Source of the DNA: an uncultured Nitrospirales bacterium | GTDB lineage: Bacteria; Hydrogenedentota; Hydrogenedentia; Hydrogenedentales; GCA-2746185 | Length of the DNA stretch: 64,000 nt | Reading direction: 5' to 3' | NCBI GenBank assembly: GCA_964467615.1 | Contig: CAYXRK010000002.1 | Span: forward strand, 4,576-68,575 | Shown here: one piece after another, positions 1 to 9,078 of the stretch | How the letters are laid out: each line of letters starts with the position of its first letter | Numbering within the stretch: the first letter of the stretch is position 1 | Notes under the pieces: generated by a model | What the model was told of the DNA's origin: nothing | Seen by the model: only the letters and a program-made list of their open reading frames with translations | Database searches by the model: none | Position numbers and translations under genes: made by a program

Positions 1-1276
1 TGCCATTGATCGTCACCGGCGTTCCGCCATCCGCAGCACCTGATGGCGGCGTAACGCTCGTGATCGAGAACTGCGTTTGGAGCGGCGCAAAGATGGACAG
101 ATAGTCCACGTAGATTTCCAAGATGCTGTTGAAGGTGTCGAGCGTGCTGCCCGTGCGCTTACGCCAATCAGCACCCTGAGGTACGGTGAAGCTGGTGCTG
201 AAAGCATCTGTGTTGTCGAACGGGGCGGATGGATGCGACCAGACTCCCGCGCCGCTCCCAACCGATGGATCGAAGGTCTTGGCCAGCGTCAGGCCCTGCA
301 ACCGGATACCAATGGGGAGGGCGGCCGGAAGGCCGTCAAGTTGGATGGCGGTGGCCCCGCCGTCCGTGGAGTAGACGATGGCGATTTGAATGAAACCCAA
401 TCCGAAGGCGGAAGCCTTCGCGCTCGGGGGCAGAGCCGCAAGATCTCCGGGGTTCCCGAGACTAAGTTCGGCTAGCGTCGGCGCGTACTGCACGATAAGC
501 ACCGCGTCAGTGGCGGGAGCGTCATCGATAAATGGCGCGCCGTTGCCGTCGAGGGCCGTCTGGTAGTCCGCAAGACTCGCGGAAAGGACTGTGAGCGTCA
601 CGCCGCCCTGCTGAATCGGAATCGTCACTAGGCCGAGCGGGTCGCCGTAGATGGCCTTGGCGGCGCTTAGGACGGCAAGATCCTGGATGACCGTGGTACG
701 GTTGCCATCTTCCTCGAAGAAGTTCTCGCCGTCTCCTAGGTCGGTGAACGGATTGAAGGGGCCACCGCCGGGGACGGTCTGGATGTTGAGAGTGATGCGA
801 TCAAACAACTCGTATTGGAGCACCCCCTTGCCAAGCTGATCCACGGCCAGTGCGTAAAGCGAGTGGATGCCGGAAAGGCCTGCGACGTCGACCACCTGGA
901 CGCCTCCCACGGTTTCGTCGGTCAGCGTACCGTTCCAGAAATTGCCGCTCACATTGCCATCGACGCCGAAGCGAACGGTGGCACCGGCCGGAGTGACGTC
1001 GGCCGCGACGGGCACCAGCGCAGTGGCGGATCCCTCCAGGACGAGGACATTGGCGTTCGCGCCGTCGTTGGCGGGCGCAGTTATATTGACCGCCGAGACG
1101 ACTTTCGCGACGTTGTCTCCCGACATGATCCTATATAACTTGGACCAATCGAGGCTCGATCCGTCGGAGGCGGTTACGCCCAGCGTGTCTAACGTGGGCA
1201 GGAGGCCTATCGCGAACGCAAGCACCATCATAGTGCTTACGAGCGAAGCCAGCACCAATTTTTTACCGGTCCCCAT
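1..1276 (-). CDS. Secreted/surface protein (3' end beyond the window edge): N-terminal hydrophobic segment, Ig-like domain, unnamed domain, then the start of an IPT/TIG domain
   Basis: Not in the ORF track because there is no stop before base 1. Manual translation from ATG at 1276 (AAGGAG RBS upstream) is open to the edge: MGTGKKLVLASLVSTMMVLAFAIGLL...VDYLSIFAPLQTQFSITSVTPPSGAADGGTPVTING. The last 22 aa fit the IPT/TIG N-terminal pattern. Confidence 0.85.
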   Translation of the reverse strand, partial: MGTGKKLVLASLVSTMMVLAFAIGLLPTLDTLGVTASDGSSLDWSKLYRIMSGDNVAKVVSAVNITAPANDGANANVLVLEGSATALVPVAADVTPAGATVRFGVDGNVSGNFWNGTLTDETVGGVQVVDVAGLSGIHSLYALAVDQLGKGVLQYELFDRITLNIQTVPGGGPFNPFTDLGDGENFFEEDGNRTTVIQDLAVLSAAKAIYGDPLGLVTIPIQQGGVTLTVLSASLADYQTALDGNGAPFIDDAPATDAVLIVQYAPTLAELSLGNPGDLAALPPSAKASAFGLGFIQIAIVYSTDGGATAIQLDGLPAALPIGIRLQGLTLAKTFDPSVGSGAGVWSHPSAPFDNTDAFSTSFTVPQGADWRKRTGSTLDTFNSILEIYVDYLSIFAPLQTQFSITSVTPPSGAADGGTPVTING

Positions 1277-1879
1277 GTTACCCTTCTCCTTATTAGATTG
1301 CTTTACGCACCTAACTTAGTTCTCTAGTATGGCGATGATCCCAGTAGCGCGCAAACCGCCTTCAATATCCCATCGCGCGAGGTGTGAAAACCGGCGGAGT
1401 TCCTTCACAAACTCCATCGGTAGAACTGAGAATCAGTCACACCCCCCACAGCTTGTACGCGAACGGCAACCGCGCGCGCTCCCCAAAGTACCCCTTGCAA
1501 CTCGGCATTTCTGCCGGTACTAAACGCGGATTATAGGGTAGTCGGTACATCATGTCAACCCTTTTGTTTGTTTGGACTTCGCGCCTGTCCATTGTCCCCA
1601 ATCGACAACTGCTGCAACCGGAAAGATGCGACGCGGAGCCAATAAGGGGAACTTGGCGACTCTCGCCCTGAACCTTCCGCCAGTTTCGTCGAAGCCCTCG
1701 TCCTCAGCGCAAGTAACAGTCGGTTTGCCTGGAAGTATTGCCAATGACGCGGCGACCTGTTATAAGGAGCCGGGGCGCTGCGCACTATTGCTCAGTCGCC
1801 GGACGAACGGGGAGTCCGTCGTCGAATTAGTGCAACTCCAGTATTTAGAACATGTTATGCATCGAAACGGAGGTGTGTC

Positions 1880-3649
1880 ATGGCAATCGTCGAAAGTAAA
1901 AGCCCCGCAGTCGTGGCGGAATCAGATCCGATCGGACACCAACTTCAAATCGAACATGCGCGCCTCTTGCGAGAAGCTGGTATTGCGGAAGGCCCGGGCC
2001 GTCACTTCAAACGCCCGCGCGAGGCGGAATTCACCCGCGAGGAACGCGAAAACGTGACCATACTGTGCGGCGGGTTCTCGTTACGGCACGATCGGTTTGT
2101 GAAGGCGTCCTGCCAGGGGCTCGGCTACAACGTCGAACTTATCCCCACGCCGGTCAAGGCCGATTTCCAGGCGGGTAAGGAGTTCGGGAACAACGGCCAA
2201 TGCAATCCCACGTATTTTACGGTCGGATCGTTGGTGAATTACCTCATTCGGCTGCGGGAAGAAGGGGGGCTATCGTCGGAGGACGTCATCAAGCGATATT
2301 CGTTCATTACTACCGGCGCCTGCGGGCCCTGCCGATTCGGAATGTATGAAGCCGAGTACCGGCTCGCCTTGCGCAACAGCGGCTTCGATGGATTTCGCGT
2401 CCTCCTCTTCCAATATCAAGGCGGCTTGAACCAAAGCGCGAAGAAGGCCGGCCTTGAGGTCAACCTCGATTTCGCGCTCGCGTTGCTCAACGCCGTGCTC
2501 ATCGGCGATGTACTCAATGAACTCGCATACCAGATTCGGCCCTACGAGACCGTCTCCGGCAAAACGGATGAAGTGTTCGAGAAGGTCACGCAGCGCGTCT
2601 GCGATCACATGCGCGCGCGCGATTGGTCGCAGGTCCGCAAAGGTTGGGCAAGCCGATCGATCGCGAAGTTCGCGTCCGCGATGCTTTCGGAAAAGGAAGT
2701 CGCAGGCGTGATCGAGCAACTCACCGGCGACTACTACCTCAGCGTGCTGCGCGAATGCCGCGAGATGATCGAGCGAGAGATCGAAGTTGACTTCACGCGC
2801 GCCAAACCCATCGCGAAGATCACCGGCGAGTTCTGGGCGCAGACGACCGAGGGAGACGGCAACTTCCACATGTTCCGCTTCATCGAATCGCAAGGCGCGG
2901 AAGTATTGGTCGAGCCGATCATGACGTGGATCGCCTACTTGCTCACGCAAGCGCAAACGAAATTCGCCGACACGAAGGGGCTCGGCGCGGGCGACGATAT
3001 ATTCAGCAAAGTCAAAGCGGAATTCGATTTCAGGAAAAAAGATTTGTTGCTCGGCGCGGTGAAGCGCGTGCTCGTGCGCGAATATGATCGCATCCGCAAC
3101 GCCCTCGGCGGCACGGTGCACGAGCAGGTCTGCCAGATGGAACTGCAACGCATGGCGCATCCCTTTTACAACCGAAAGGGCGCCGGCGGCGAAGGCCACC
3201 TCGAAGTCGCAAAGAATATCTACTACGCGCACAAGGGCCTTGCGCACATGGTGCTGAGCCTCAAACCGTTCGGCTGCATGCCCTCGACGCAATCCGACGG
3301 CGCGCAAGCCGCGGTCGTCTCGCATTACCCGGACATGGTGTACCTGCCCGTCGAGACCTCCGGCGAAGGCGACGTCAACGCGCACAGCCGCGTGCAGATG
3401 GCGCTCGGCGAAGCGAAGTCGAAATGCCGCGAAGAGTTCAAGACCTGCCTTGCGCGGGCCGGTTATTCTCTCGAAGAAATCCGCGAGTTCGTCGGCGCTC
3501 ATCCCAAATTGCGCAATCCAATCCAACACGTGCCCCACCGCGAAGGCGTCACCGGCAAAGCGGCGAGCTTCGTGCTTCACGTCGCCGAGTTGATGACGCG
3601 CGAGGGGTACGTCGCGAACATTCCGGCGGACCAGGCAGCATTCGCGTGA
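1880..3649 (+). CDS. 2-hydroxyacyl-CoA dehydratase-like Fe-S reductase/dehydratase subunit (PlsR-like partner of the downstream activase)
   Basis: GGAGGT RBS; Cys motifs GQCNPTYFTVG, GACGPCRFGMY, LSLKPFGCMPS typical of the HAD/DUF2229-related family; stop overlaps the next start (GTGA). Confidence 0.85.
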   Translation: MAIVESKSPAVVAESDPIGHQLQIEHARLLREAGIAEGPGRHFKRPREAEFTREERENVTILCGGFSLRHDRFVKASCQGLGYNVELIPTPVKADFQAGKEFGNNGQCNPTYFTVGSLVNYLIRLREEGGLSSEDVIKRYSFITTGACGPCRFGMYEAEYRLALRNSGFDGFRVLLFQYQGGLNQSAKKAGLEVNLDFALALLNAVLIGDVLNELAYQIRPYETVSGKTDEVFEKVTQRVCDHMRARDWSQVRKGWASRSIAKFASAMLSEKEVAGVIEQLTGDYYLSVLRECREMIEREIEVDFTRAKPIAKITGEFWAQTTEGDGNFHMFRFIESQGAEVLVEPIMTWIAYLLTQAQTKFADTKGLGAGDDIFSKVKAEFDFRKKDLLLGAVKRVLVREYDRIRNALGGTVHEQVCQMELQRMAHPFYNRKGAGGEGHLEVAKNIYYAHKGLAHMVLSLKPFGCMPSTQSDGAQAAVVSHYPDMVYLPVETSGEGDVNAHSRVQMALGEAKSKCREEFKTCLARAGYSLEEIREFVGAHPKLRNPIQHVPHREGVTGKAASFVLHVAELMTREGYVANIPADQAAFA

Positions 3650-6600
3650 GCGAAGCGACCCTGACCTGTAAAGCCACGCACGGCGAGTGCGATTGCGCGG
3701 ACACGAACACCCGCGCCGCGCTCCCACTCCTTGTCGGCATGGATGTCGGCAGCACGACCGTCAAGGCGGTCGTCGTTGATCCGTCGAGCGACGCGATTCT
3801 CTGGAGCGACTATCAGCGGCACGAGACGAAGCAACCAGAGAAATGTCTCGAATTCCTGGACGTGATCGCCTCGCGTTTTCCCAACGTCGAGCATTCCAAC
3901 TTCCGCGTGTTCATGACGGGCTCAGGAGCTTCGCACATCGCGCGGCGAATCGGCGCGCAGTTCGTGCAGGAAGTGAACGCCGTCTCGCTCGCGGTAGAGA
4001 AGCTCTACCCGGACGTGCAAAGCGTCGTCGAACTCGGCGGCCAAGACGCGAAGATCATCGTGTTCAAGGAAGACGAAACGACCGGCCGCAAGAAAAAAAT
4101 CCCCTCGATGAACGACAAGTGCGCAGGCGGAACGGGTGCGGTCATCGACAAGATCAACGCGAAGCTGCGCATTCCCGCGTCGGAATTGTGCGACATGGGC
4201 TACGACGGAATCCGGCTGCATCCCGTCGCGGGCAAATGCGGCGTCTTCGCGGAGACGGACATCAACGGCCTGCAAAAACAGGGCGTGCCGCCGAAAGAAC
4301 TGATGGCGTCGCTATTCGAATCGATCGTGCTGCAGAACCTCTCGGTCTTGACGCGCGGCCACACGCTGCGCCCGGTCGTGTTGCTGCTCGGCGGGCCGAA
4401 CACGTACATCCGCGGCTTGCAGGAATGTTGGCGGCACAACGTCCCCCCGATTTGGCGCGAGCGCAACGTGCCCGTTCCCGACCGGCCCCTCGAGGAACTC
4501 ATCCGCGTGCCTGAGAACGCCCAATACTTCGCGGCGCTCGGCGCAATCGAGTACGGCAAACAGGAACTCGAGGACGACCCCACCGCCGGACGCTACCAAG
4601 GGCCGGACAACCTTCGCTGGTATCTCGAACAGGGACGCGCCGAGGAAAAGAAAGGCGCGGGCGGTCACGGTCTCGCGCGCGACGAAAACGAGCTCGCCGC
4701 GTTCCGTGAAGCGTACCGGAAAACGCCGTGGTGGCCCAAGGTATTTCGCGCCGGCACGACCGTCGAAGCATTTGTCGGCGTCGACGGCGGATCGACGAGC
4801 ACGAAGGCGGTACTGGTCGATCACGACAAGAACATCATCGCGAAGGCCTATCAACTGTCCAACGGCAATCCCATCGAGGATTGCAAGGAGATGTTTGCGA
4901 AGCTGGAAGCGGAAATCGCCGCGCAAGGCTGCACGCTGCGCGTCCTCGGTGTTGGCACGACCGGCTACGCGAAGGACATTCTCAAGGACGTGATCGGCGC
5001 GGACGTGGCGCTGGTCGAGACCGTCGCCCACACGCAAAGCGGCCTGCACTTCTATCCCGACGCGGACGTCATCTGCGACGTGGGCGGGCAAGACATCAAA
5101 GTCATCGTGCTGAAGAACGGCGCGGTGAAGGACTTCAAGCTCAACACGCAGTGCTCTGCCGGCAACGGCTATTTCCTGCAATCGACCGCGCAGGATTTCA
5201 AAGTGCCGGTCGAACAATACGCCGACGTCGCGTTCAAGGCCGAGGCCATGCCGGAGTTCGGCTACGGCTGCGCCGTGTTCATGCAGACCGACATCGTGGA
5301 CTTCCAGCGCCAAGGCTGGCAGCCGCATGAAATCATGGCCGGACTCGCGGCGGTGTTGCCGAAAAACATCTGGCTCTACGTCTCGCAAATTCCGAACTTG
5401 GCCAAACTGGGATCGACGTTTATCCTCCAAGGCGGCACGCAGCACAACCTCGCGGCGGTGAAGTCGCAGGCGGATTTCATACGCTCGCGCTTCCGCGGAA
5501 CGGGCATCGAGCCGCGCGTCATCGTGCACCAACATTGCGGCGAGTCCGGCGCGATCGGCTGCGCGTTCGAGGCGCACCGGCTCTACCACGACATAGGGCA
5601 TGCTACGACGTTCATCGGACTCGAAGCGGTCAAGAGCATCAGCTATCGCACGACACGCGACGAAAACACGCGCTGCTACTTCTGCAAGAACAATTGCCTA
5701 CGCACGTTCATCGACGTGAAAAGCGTCGCGCGCGCGGATACACCGATTGACGTCGACGCGCGCATCGTCAAGTTCGGCGGCGATACGCAGACCTCGCGCA
5801 TGAAGGCCGCGCCGACCGCCGAACAGAAGAAGTCCGCCGACTTCGAATCGAAAGTGCCGCTCGACGAGGGCGAACAGCGCCTCATCATCGCGACCTGCGA
5901 CAAGGGCACGGTCGAAGACGTCGAGGACATGAAGGGAATCAAGAAGGGCCTCGACGCGATCAAGAAAAAGTTCCCGAACCTCGTTGATGTGGCGTCGAAA
6001 AAAGTATTTCAATCGGTGCAGATCGGGTCTGTCGCCGACGCGCTCCCGGCAACTACAACGTTCATGTTGCCGAAGGCGCGCGCTGCCGTCCGGGCCCGGC
6101 GCTCACTGATGGAACGCCGCGGCGAACTGCGCATCGGCATGCCGCGCGTGCTGAACATGTATTCGCTCGCGCCTTTTTTCATGGCGTACTTCCAGTCCCT
6201 GGGCGTGAAGGACCGCAACCTCGTATGGTCGGACTACACGACCGAAGAGCTGTACAAGGAAGGCGCGAAACGTGGCAGCGTCGATCCGTGCTTTCCGAGC
6301 AAGGTCGGCATTCCGCACGTCCACAACCTTCTCTATCACAAGCACGACCCGGAGAAGGGCAAAGCGCTCGACGTCATCTTCTTCCCGATGATCGATTCGT
6401 TCCCGACGTTCCTCGATGGCGTGCAGGCATCGCGCGCGTGTCCCACGGTGTGCATCACGCCGGAAGCCGTCCACGCGGCATTCATTAAGGAAGGCGACCT
6501 TTTCGCCGAAAAGGGCATCGTCTTCAAGAAGACATTTGTGAACCTCGATAATCACCTGCTTTGCGCGCGGCAAATGTACGAAGACTGGGCGGAAGTTATC

Positions 6601-7287
6601 GGCGTGACCGAGGTCGAGTCGCAGCGCGCCACGCGCGCCGGGCTAGACGCGCTCGCCGTGTACGAGGCGGCGCGCAGGGCCGAGGCGCGGGCCATCATCG
6701 ATCAACTCGAAGCCGAAGATCGCCTGGGCATCGTGCTGCTCTCGCGGCCGTACCACAATGACCCCGGCATCAATCACGAAATCGCGGACGAGTTTCAGAA
6801 ACTCGGCTATCCCGTCATCGCGCAGGACGCGCTGCCGCTGGACGAGGACATGATGGAGCGGCTCTTCGGCGAGGAAGTGCGGGCGGGCGAGATCCGCAGC
6901 GCGTTCGATATCAAGGACGCCTGGAAGAACTCATACTCCGAGAACACCAACCGCAAAGTGTGGGCGGCGAAATTCGTCGCGCGCCACCCGAACCTCGTGG
7001 GCCTCGAGCTGTCCAACTTCAAATGCGGCCACGACGCGCCGATCTACACGGTGGTCGAGGAGATCATCGAGAATTCCGGCACGCCGTTCTTCTACTTCAA
7101 GGACATTGACGAGAACAAACCCACGGGATCAATCAAAATCCGCGTCGAAACCATCGCCTACTTCCTCAAACGCTACCGCGAAGACCTCGTCGCCAAGAAG
7201 AAAAAGCGCGCGCAAATCGATGAGGCGTTGCGCGCATATGAACTCGAACTTCGCGAAGCGGCGCGGGTGGAAATGGCCCCGGCGTAG
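3646..7287 (+). CDS. BadF/BadG/BcrA/BcrD-type CoA-substrate activase: two ASKHA ATPase domains plus DUF2229/HAD-like domain (PlsA/Ger-like)
   Basis: Two ASKHA motifs (GMDVGSTTVK, GVDGGSTSTK); Cys motifs NDKCAGGTG, CGVFAE, NTQCSAGNG, CAVFMQ, CYFCKNNC, PCFPSK, CPTV, FKCGHD. Start reassigned to GTG 3646 (GTGA overlap); the track's first 74 codons overlap the previous gene and read as non-coding. Confidence 0.9.
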   Translation: MSEATLTCKATHGECDCADTNTRAALPLLVGMDVGSTTVKAVVVDPSSDAILWSDYQRHETKQPEKCLEFLDVIASRFPNVEHSNFRVFMTGSGASHIARRIGAQFVQEVNAVSLAVEKLYPDVQSVVELGGQDAKIIVFKEDETTGRKKKIPSMNDKCAGGTGAVIDKINAKLRIPASELCDMGYDGIRLHPVAGKCGVFAETDINGLQKQGVPPKELMASLFESIVLQNLSVLTRGHTLRPVVLLLGGPNTYIRGLQECWRHNVPPIWRERNVPVPDRPLEELIRVPENAQYFAALGAIEYGKQELEDDPTAGRYQGPDNLRWYLEQGRAEEKKGAGGHGLARDENELAAFREAYRKTPWWPKVFRAGTTVEAFVGVDGGSTSTKAVLVDHDKNIIAKAYQLSNGNPIEDCKEMFAKLEAEIAAQGCTLRVLGVGTTGYAKDILKDVIGADVALVETVAHTQSGLHFYPDADVICDVGGQDIKVIVLKNGAVKDFKLNTQCSAGNGYFLQSTAQDFKVPVEQYADVAFKAEAMPEFGYGCAVFMQTDIVDFQRQGWQPHEIMAGLAAVLPKNIWLYVSQIPNLAKLGSTFILQGGTQHNLAAVKSQADFIRSRFRGTGIEPRVIVHQHCGESGAIGCAFEAHRLYHDIGHATTFIGLEAVKSISYRTTRDENTRCYFCKNNCLRTFIDVKSVARADTPIDVDARIVKFGGDTQTSRMKAAPTAEQKKSADFESKVPLDEGEQRLIIATCDKGTVEDVEDMKGIKKGLDAIKKKFPNLVDVASKKVFQSVQIGSVADALPATTTFMLPKARAAVRARRSLMERRGELRIGMPRVLNMYSLAPFFMAYFQSLGVKDRNLVWSDYTTEELYKEGAKRGSVDPCFPSKVGIPHVHNLLYHKHDPEKGKALDVIFFPMIDSFPTFLDGVQASRACPTVCITPEAVHAAFIKEGDLFAEKGIVFKKTFVNLDNHLLCARQMYEDWAEVIGVTEVESQRATRAGLDALAVYEAARRAEARAIIDQLEAEDRLGIVLLSRPYHNDPGINHEIADEFQKLGYPVIAQDALPLDEDMMERLFGEEVRAGEIRSAFDIKDAWKNSYSENTNRKVWAAKFVARHPNLVGLELSNFKCGHDAPIYTVVEEIIENSGTPFFYFKDIDENKPTGSIKIRVETIAYFLKRYREDLVAKKKKRAQIDEALRAYELELREAARVEMAPA

Positions 7288-7288
7288 A

Positions 7289-7319
7289 GCGGCGCGTTCG
7301 TACGAAGTAAACGCGCCGC
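7289..7319. terminator. Hairpin between convergent genes, probable terminator
   Basis: GCGGCGCGTT (7289-7298) / AACGCGCCGC (7310-7319), a perfect 10-bp stem right after the 7287 stop; no strong U-tract. Confidence 0.5.
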
Positions 7320-7375
7320 CCTGAAAACTATTCGAGCCGCGTAGTCTCTGTCGCTCTCTCGCCCGACTATCGCCG

Positions 7376-8293
7376 TCACGTCGTCTTGTTATCGACGAGC
7401 GTATTCGATACATCGGTATCGATCTGGAAACCTGAGTTGCCACGCGCGATACAACCTTGTATGAGACTACTTCCGGCATCGATGCCATCGCCGCTATTGT
7501 CAGTGCTGTTACACGACACGATGAGGCACGAACCACTGACAATGATCCCGTCGGAACCGTTGCCGCGCGCCGTGCATCCTCTTATCTGAGATGAGCCATT
7601 GCCGGAAATTCCATTTCCAACGTTGTCGTTCGCAACGCTGTCCTCAATTGTTCCGCCATTGCCGGTACTGATCCCCCCGCCACCGTTAGAACGAGAGTTA
7701 CACTTGGAGATAAGCGCTCCCGAGGCTGCGGCAATTCCCCATGACGCGTTGCCGTTGTCGAATGCAACGCATTCGATGATCTCGCAGCCAACTCCCTCAG
7801 CGAAGATGCCGCCAGTGCCGCCGTTATTTGAAACCATGCAACCAACAACCTTGCTTCCACTCGCAACGTGGATGCCCTCATTCGTATGGCCGCTCGATGT
7901 TATGTTTTCGACTGTTCCAAGCCCGGCTTCAAATCGAATCCCTTGCAAAGTACAGTTCCGGACGCTCCCGTTACGGATTTTTACTCGCTCGGCCTTGACG
8001 AGAACTCCATACTTGGCCACGCCTTTTCCATCAATCTTGAAACCATTCAAGTCCAGCGTGACGTCGGGCGCGGATATCCAGACGCCAACCGATGATGTGT
8101 AGACATTGTCGGGCAAAAAGTACGACCCGGGCTTGGTAATAACGTGCTTCGCCCAGGAATACCCCGGGGTATTCGTGGCATCGACCGGGATACTCTTGGG
8201 ACTTTCCGGGGTCAGCGCGAAGATGGTCGCGGAAGTGAACACAATCGAAGCCAAAACCACTCTAACAACACTGTTAAACTTTGTGCACAACAT
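7376..8293 (-). CDS. Secreted right-handed parallel beta-helix repeat protein
   Basis: Start reassigned to ATG 8293 (GGAGG RBS); signal-peptide-like N-terminus; repeated N(G/S)xxGI...(I/V)xxCxAxxN units. Confidence 0.8.
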   Translation of the reverse strand: MLCTKFNSVVRVVLASIVFTSATIFALTPESPKSIPVDATNTPGYSWAKHVITKPGSYFLPDNVYTSSVGVWISAPDVTLDLNGFKIDGKGVAKYGVLVKAERVKIRNGSVRNCTLQGIRFEAGLGTVENITSSGHTNEGIHVASGSKVVGCMVSNNGGTGGIFAEGVGCEIIECVAFDNGNASWGIAAASGALISKCNSRSNGGGGISTGNGGTIEDSVANDNVGNGISGNGSSQIRGCTARGNGSDGIIVSGSCLIVSCNSTDNSGDGIDAGSSLIQGCIARGNSGFQIDTDVSNTLVDNKTT

Positions 8294-8535
8294 CGCTCGC
8301 CCTCCCATGTTTTGTAAACGCAAAGCGCGTTTTAGCACATTTCGGGGGCGCAAATTTCTTGAGAATCGCCGTTGTTGTCTGATTGTCCTATGGATTTGTG
8401 CCCCGTATTTTCGGACGTTTTCACCCATTGCGGTGAGTGCGCCCCAGTTGATCCGCGCTTTTCCTGAGTTGATTCGGATCCACTTTCGGGTGCGGACCAG
8501 ATAAAATGTAGTTACCGAGTGGGAAGCGCTGAAGA

Positions 8536-9000
8536 ATGCTCCGAATGCAAATTCGTGAAGACGACCTTCGAGGCCCCGAGATTCAGAATCTGATTCGTGA
8601 ACATCTTCAGTCCATGTTTGAGCACTCGCCTCCTGAAAGCGTACACGCGCTGGACTTGGATGCCCTGCGTTCGCCGGATATCACGTTTTGGAGTGCGTGG
8701 CAGGATAGTGAGTTGCTTGGATGCGGCGCCTTGAAGGAATTGGACACGGCGCATGGCGAAATAAAATCCATGCGTACCGCCAGGGCCCATCTGAGAAAGG
8801 GCGTCGCCTCCGGCATTCTTCAGCACATCATCAATGAAGCGGAACGCCGCTCCTACAGCCGATTGAGTCTCGAGACAGGCTCAATGGTTACGTTCGAACC
8901 AGCTCGATCACTCTATGCGCGCTTCGGGTTCGATTACTGCGGGCCTTTCGCCGACTATACGAAATATCCGAATAGCGTGTTCATGACACGAGAATCGTGA
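8536..9000 (+). CDS. GNAT family N-acetyltransferase (YsnE/IAA acetyltransferase-like)
   Basis: PPESVHALDL, GEIKSMRT, RKGVA acetyl-CoA motif, LSLETG, PNSVFMT. Start could be 8545. Confidence 0.9.
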   Translation: MLRMQIREDDLRGPEIQNLIREHLQSMFEHSPPESVHALDLDALRSPDITFWSAWQDSELLGCGALKELDTAHGEIKSMRTARAHLRKGVASGILQHIINEAERRSYSRLSLETGSMVTFEPARSLYARFGFDYCGPFADYTKYPNSVFMTRES

Positions 9001-9078
9001 CGTACCATATCGCTTTTGCAACGATCAGGCGGCGATAACCCCGAAAATGTGGTATGCTACAAAGAGGGGTGTAACCCT

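Noticed and set aside
1383-1410. TGTGAA...TTCACA inverted repeat resembling a Rex/CRP box upstream of the activase operon
   Set aside because: Spacer is 15 bp, versus 4 for Rex and 6 for CRP.
1640-1740. GGCAAACC on the minus strand, suggesting a c-di-GMP-I riboswitch upstream of the surface protein
   Set aside because: No GNRA-capped P2 and no GGGACGCAAAGCC element.
2270-5601. Long antisense ORFs (2270..3727, 4312..5601) and many similar ones across the window
   Set aside because: Shadows of strongly biased high-GC coding on the opposite strand; no motifs, and they fully overlap well-supported genes.
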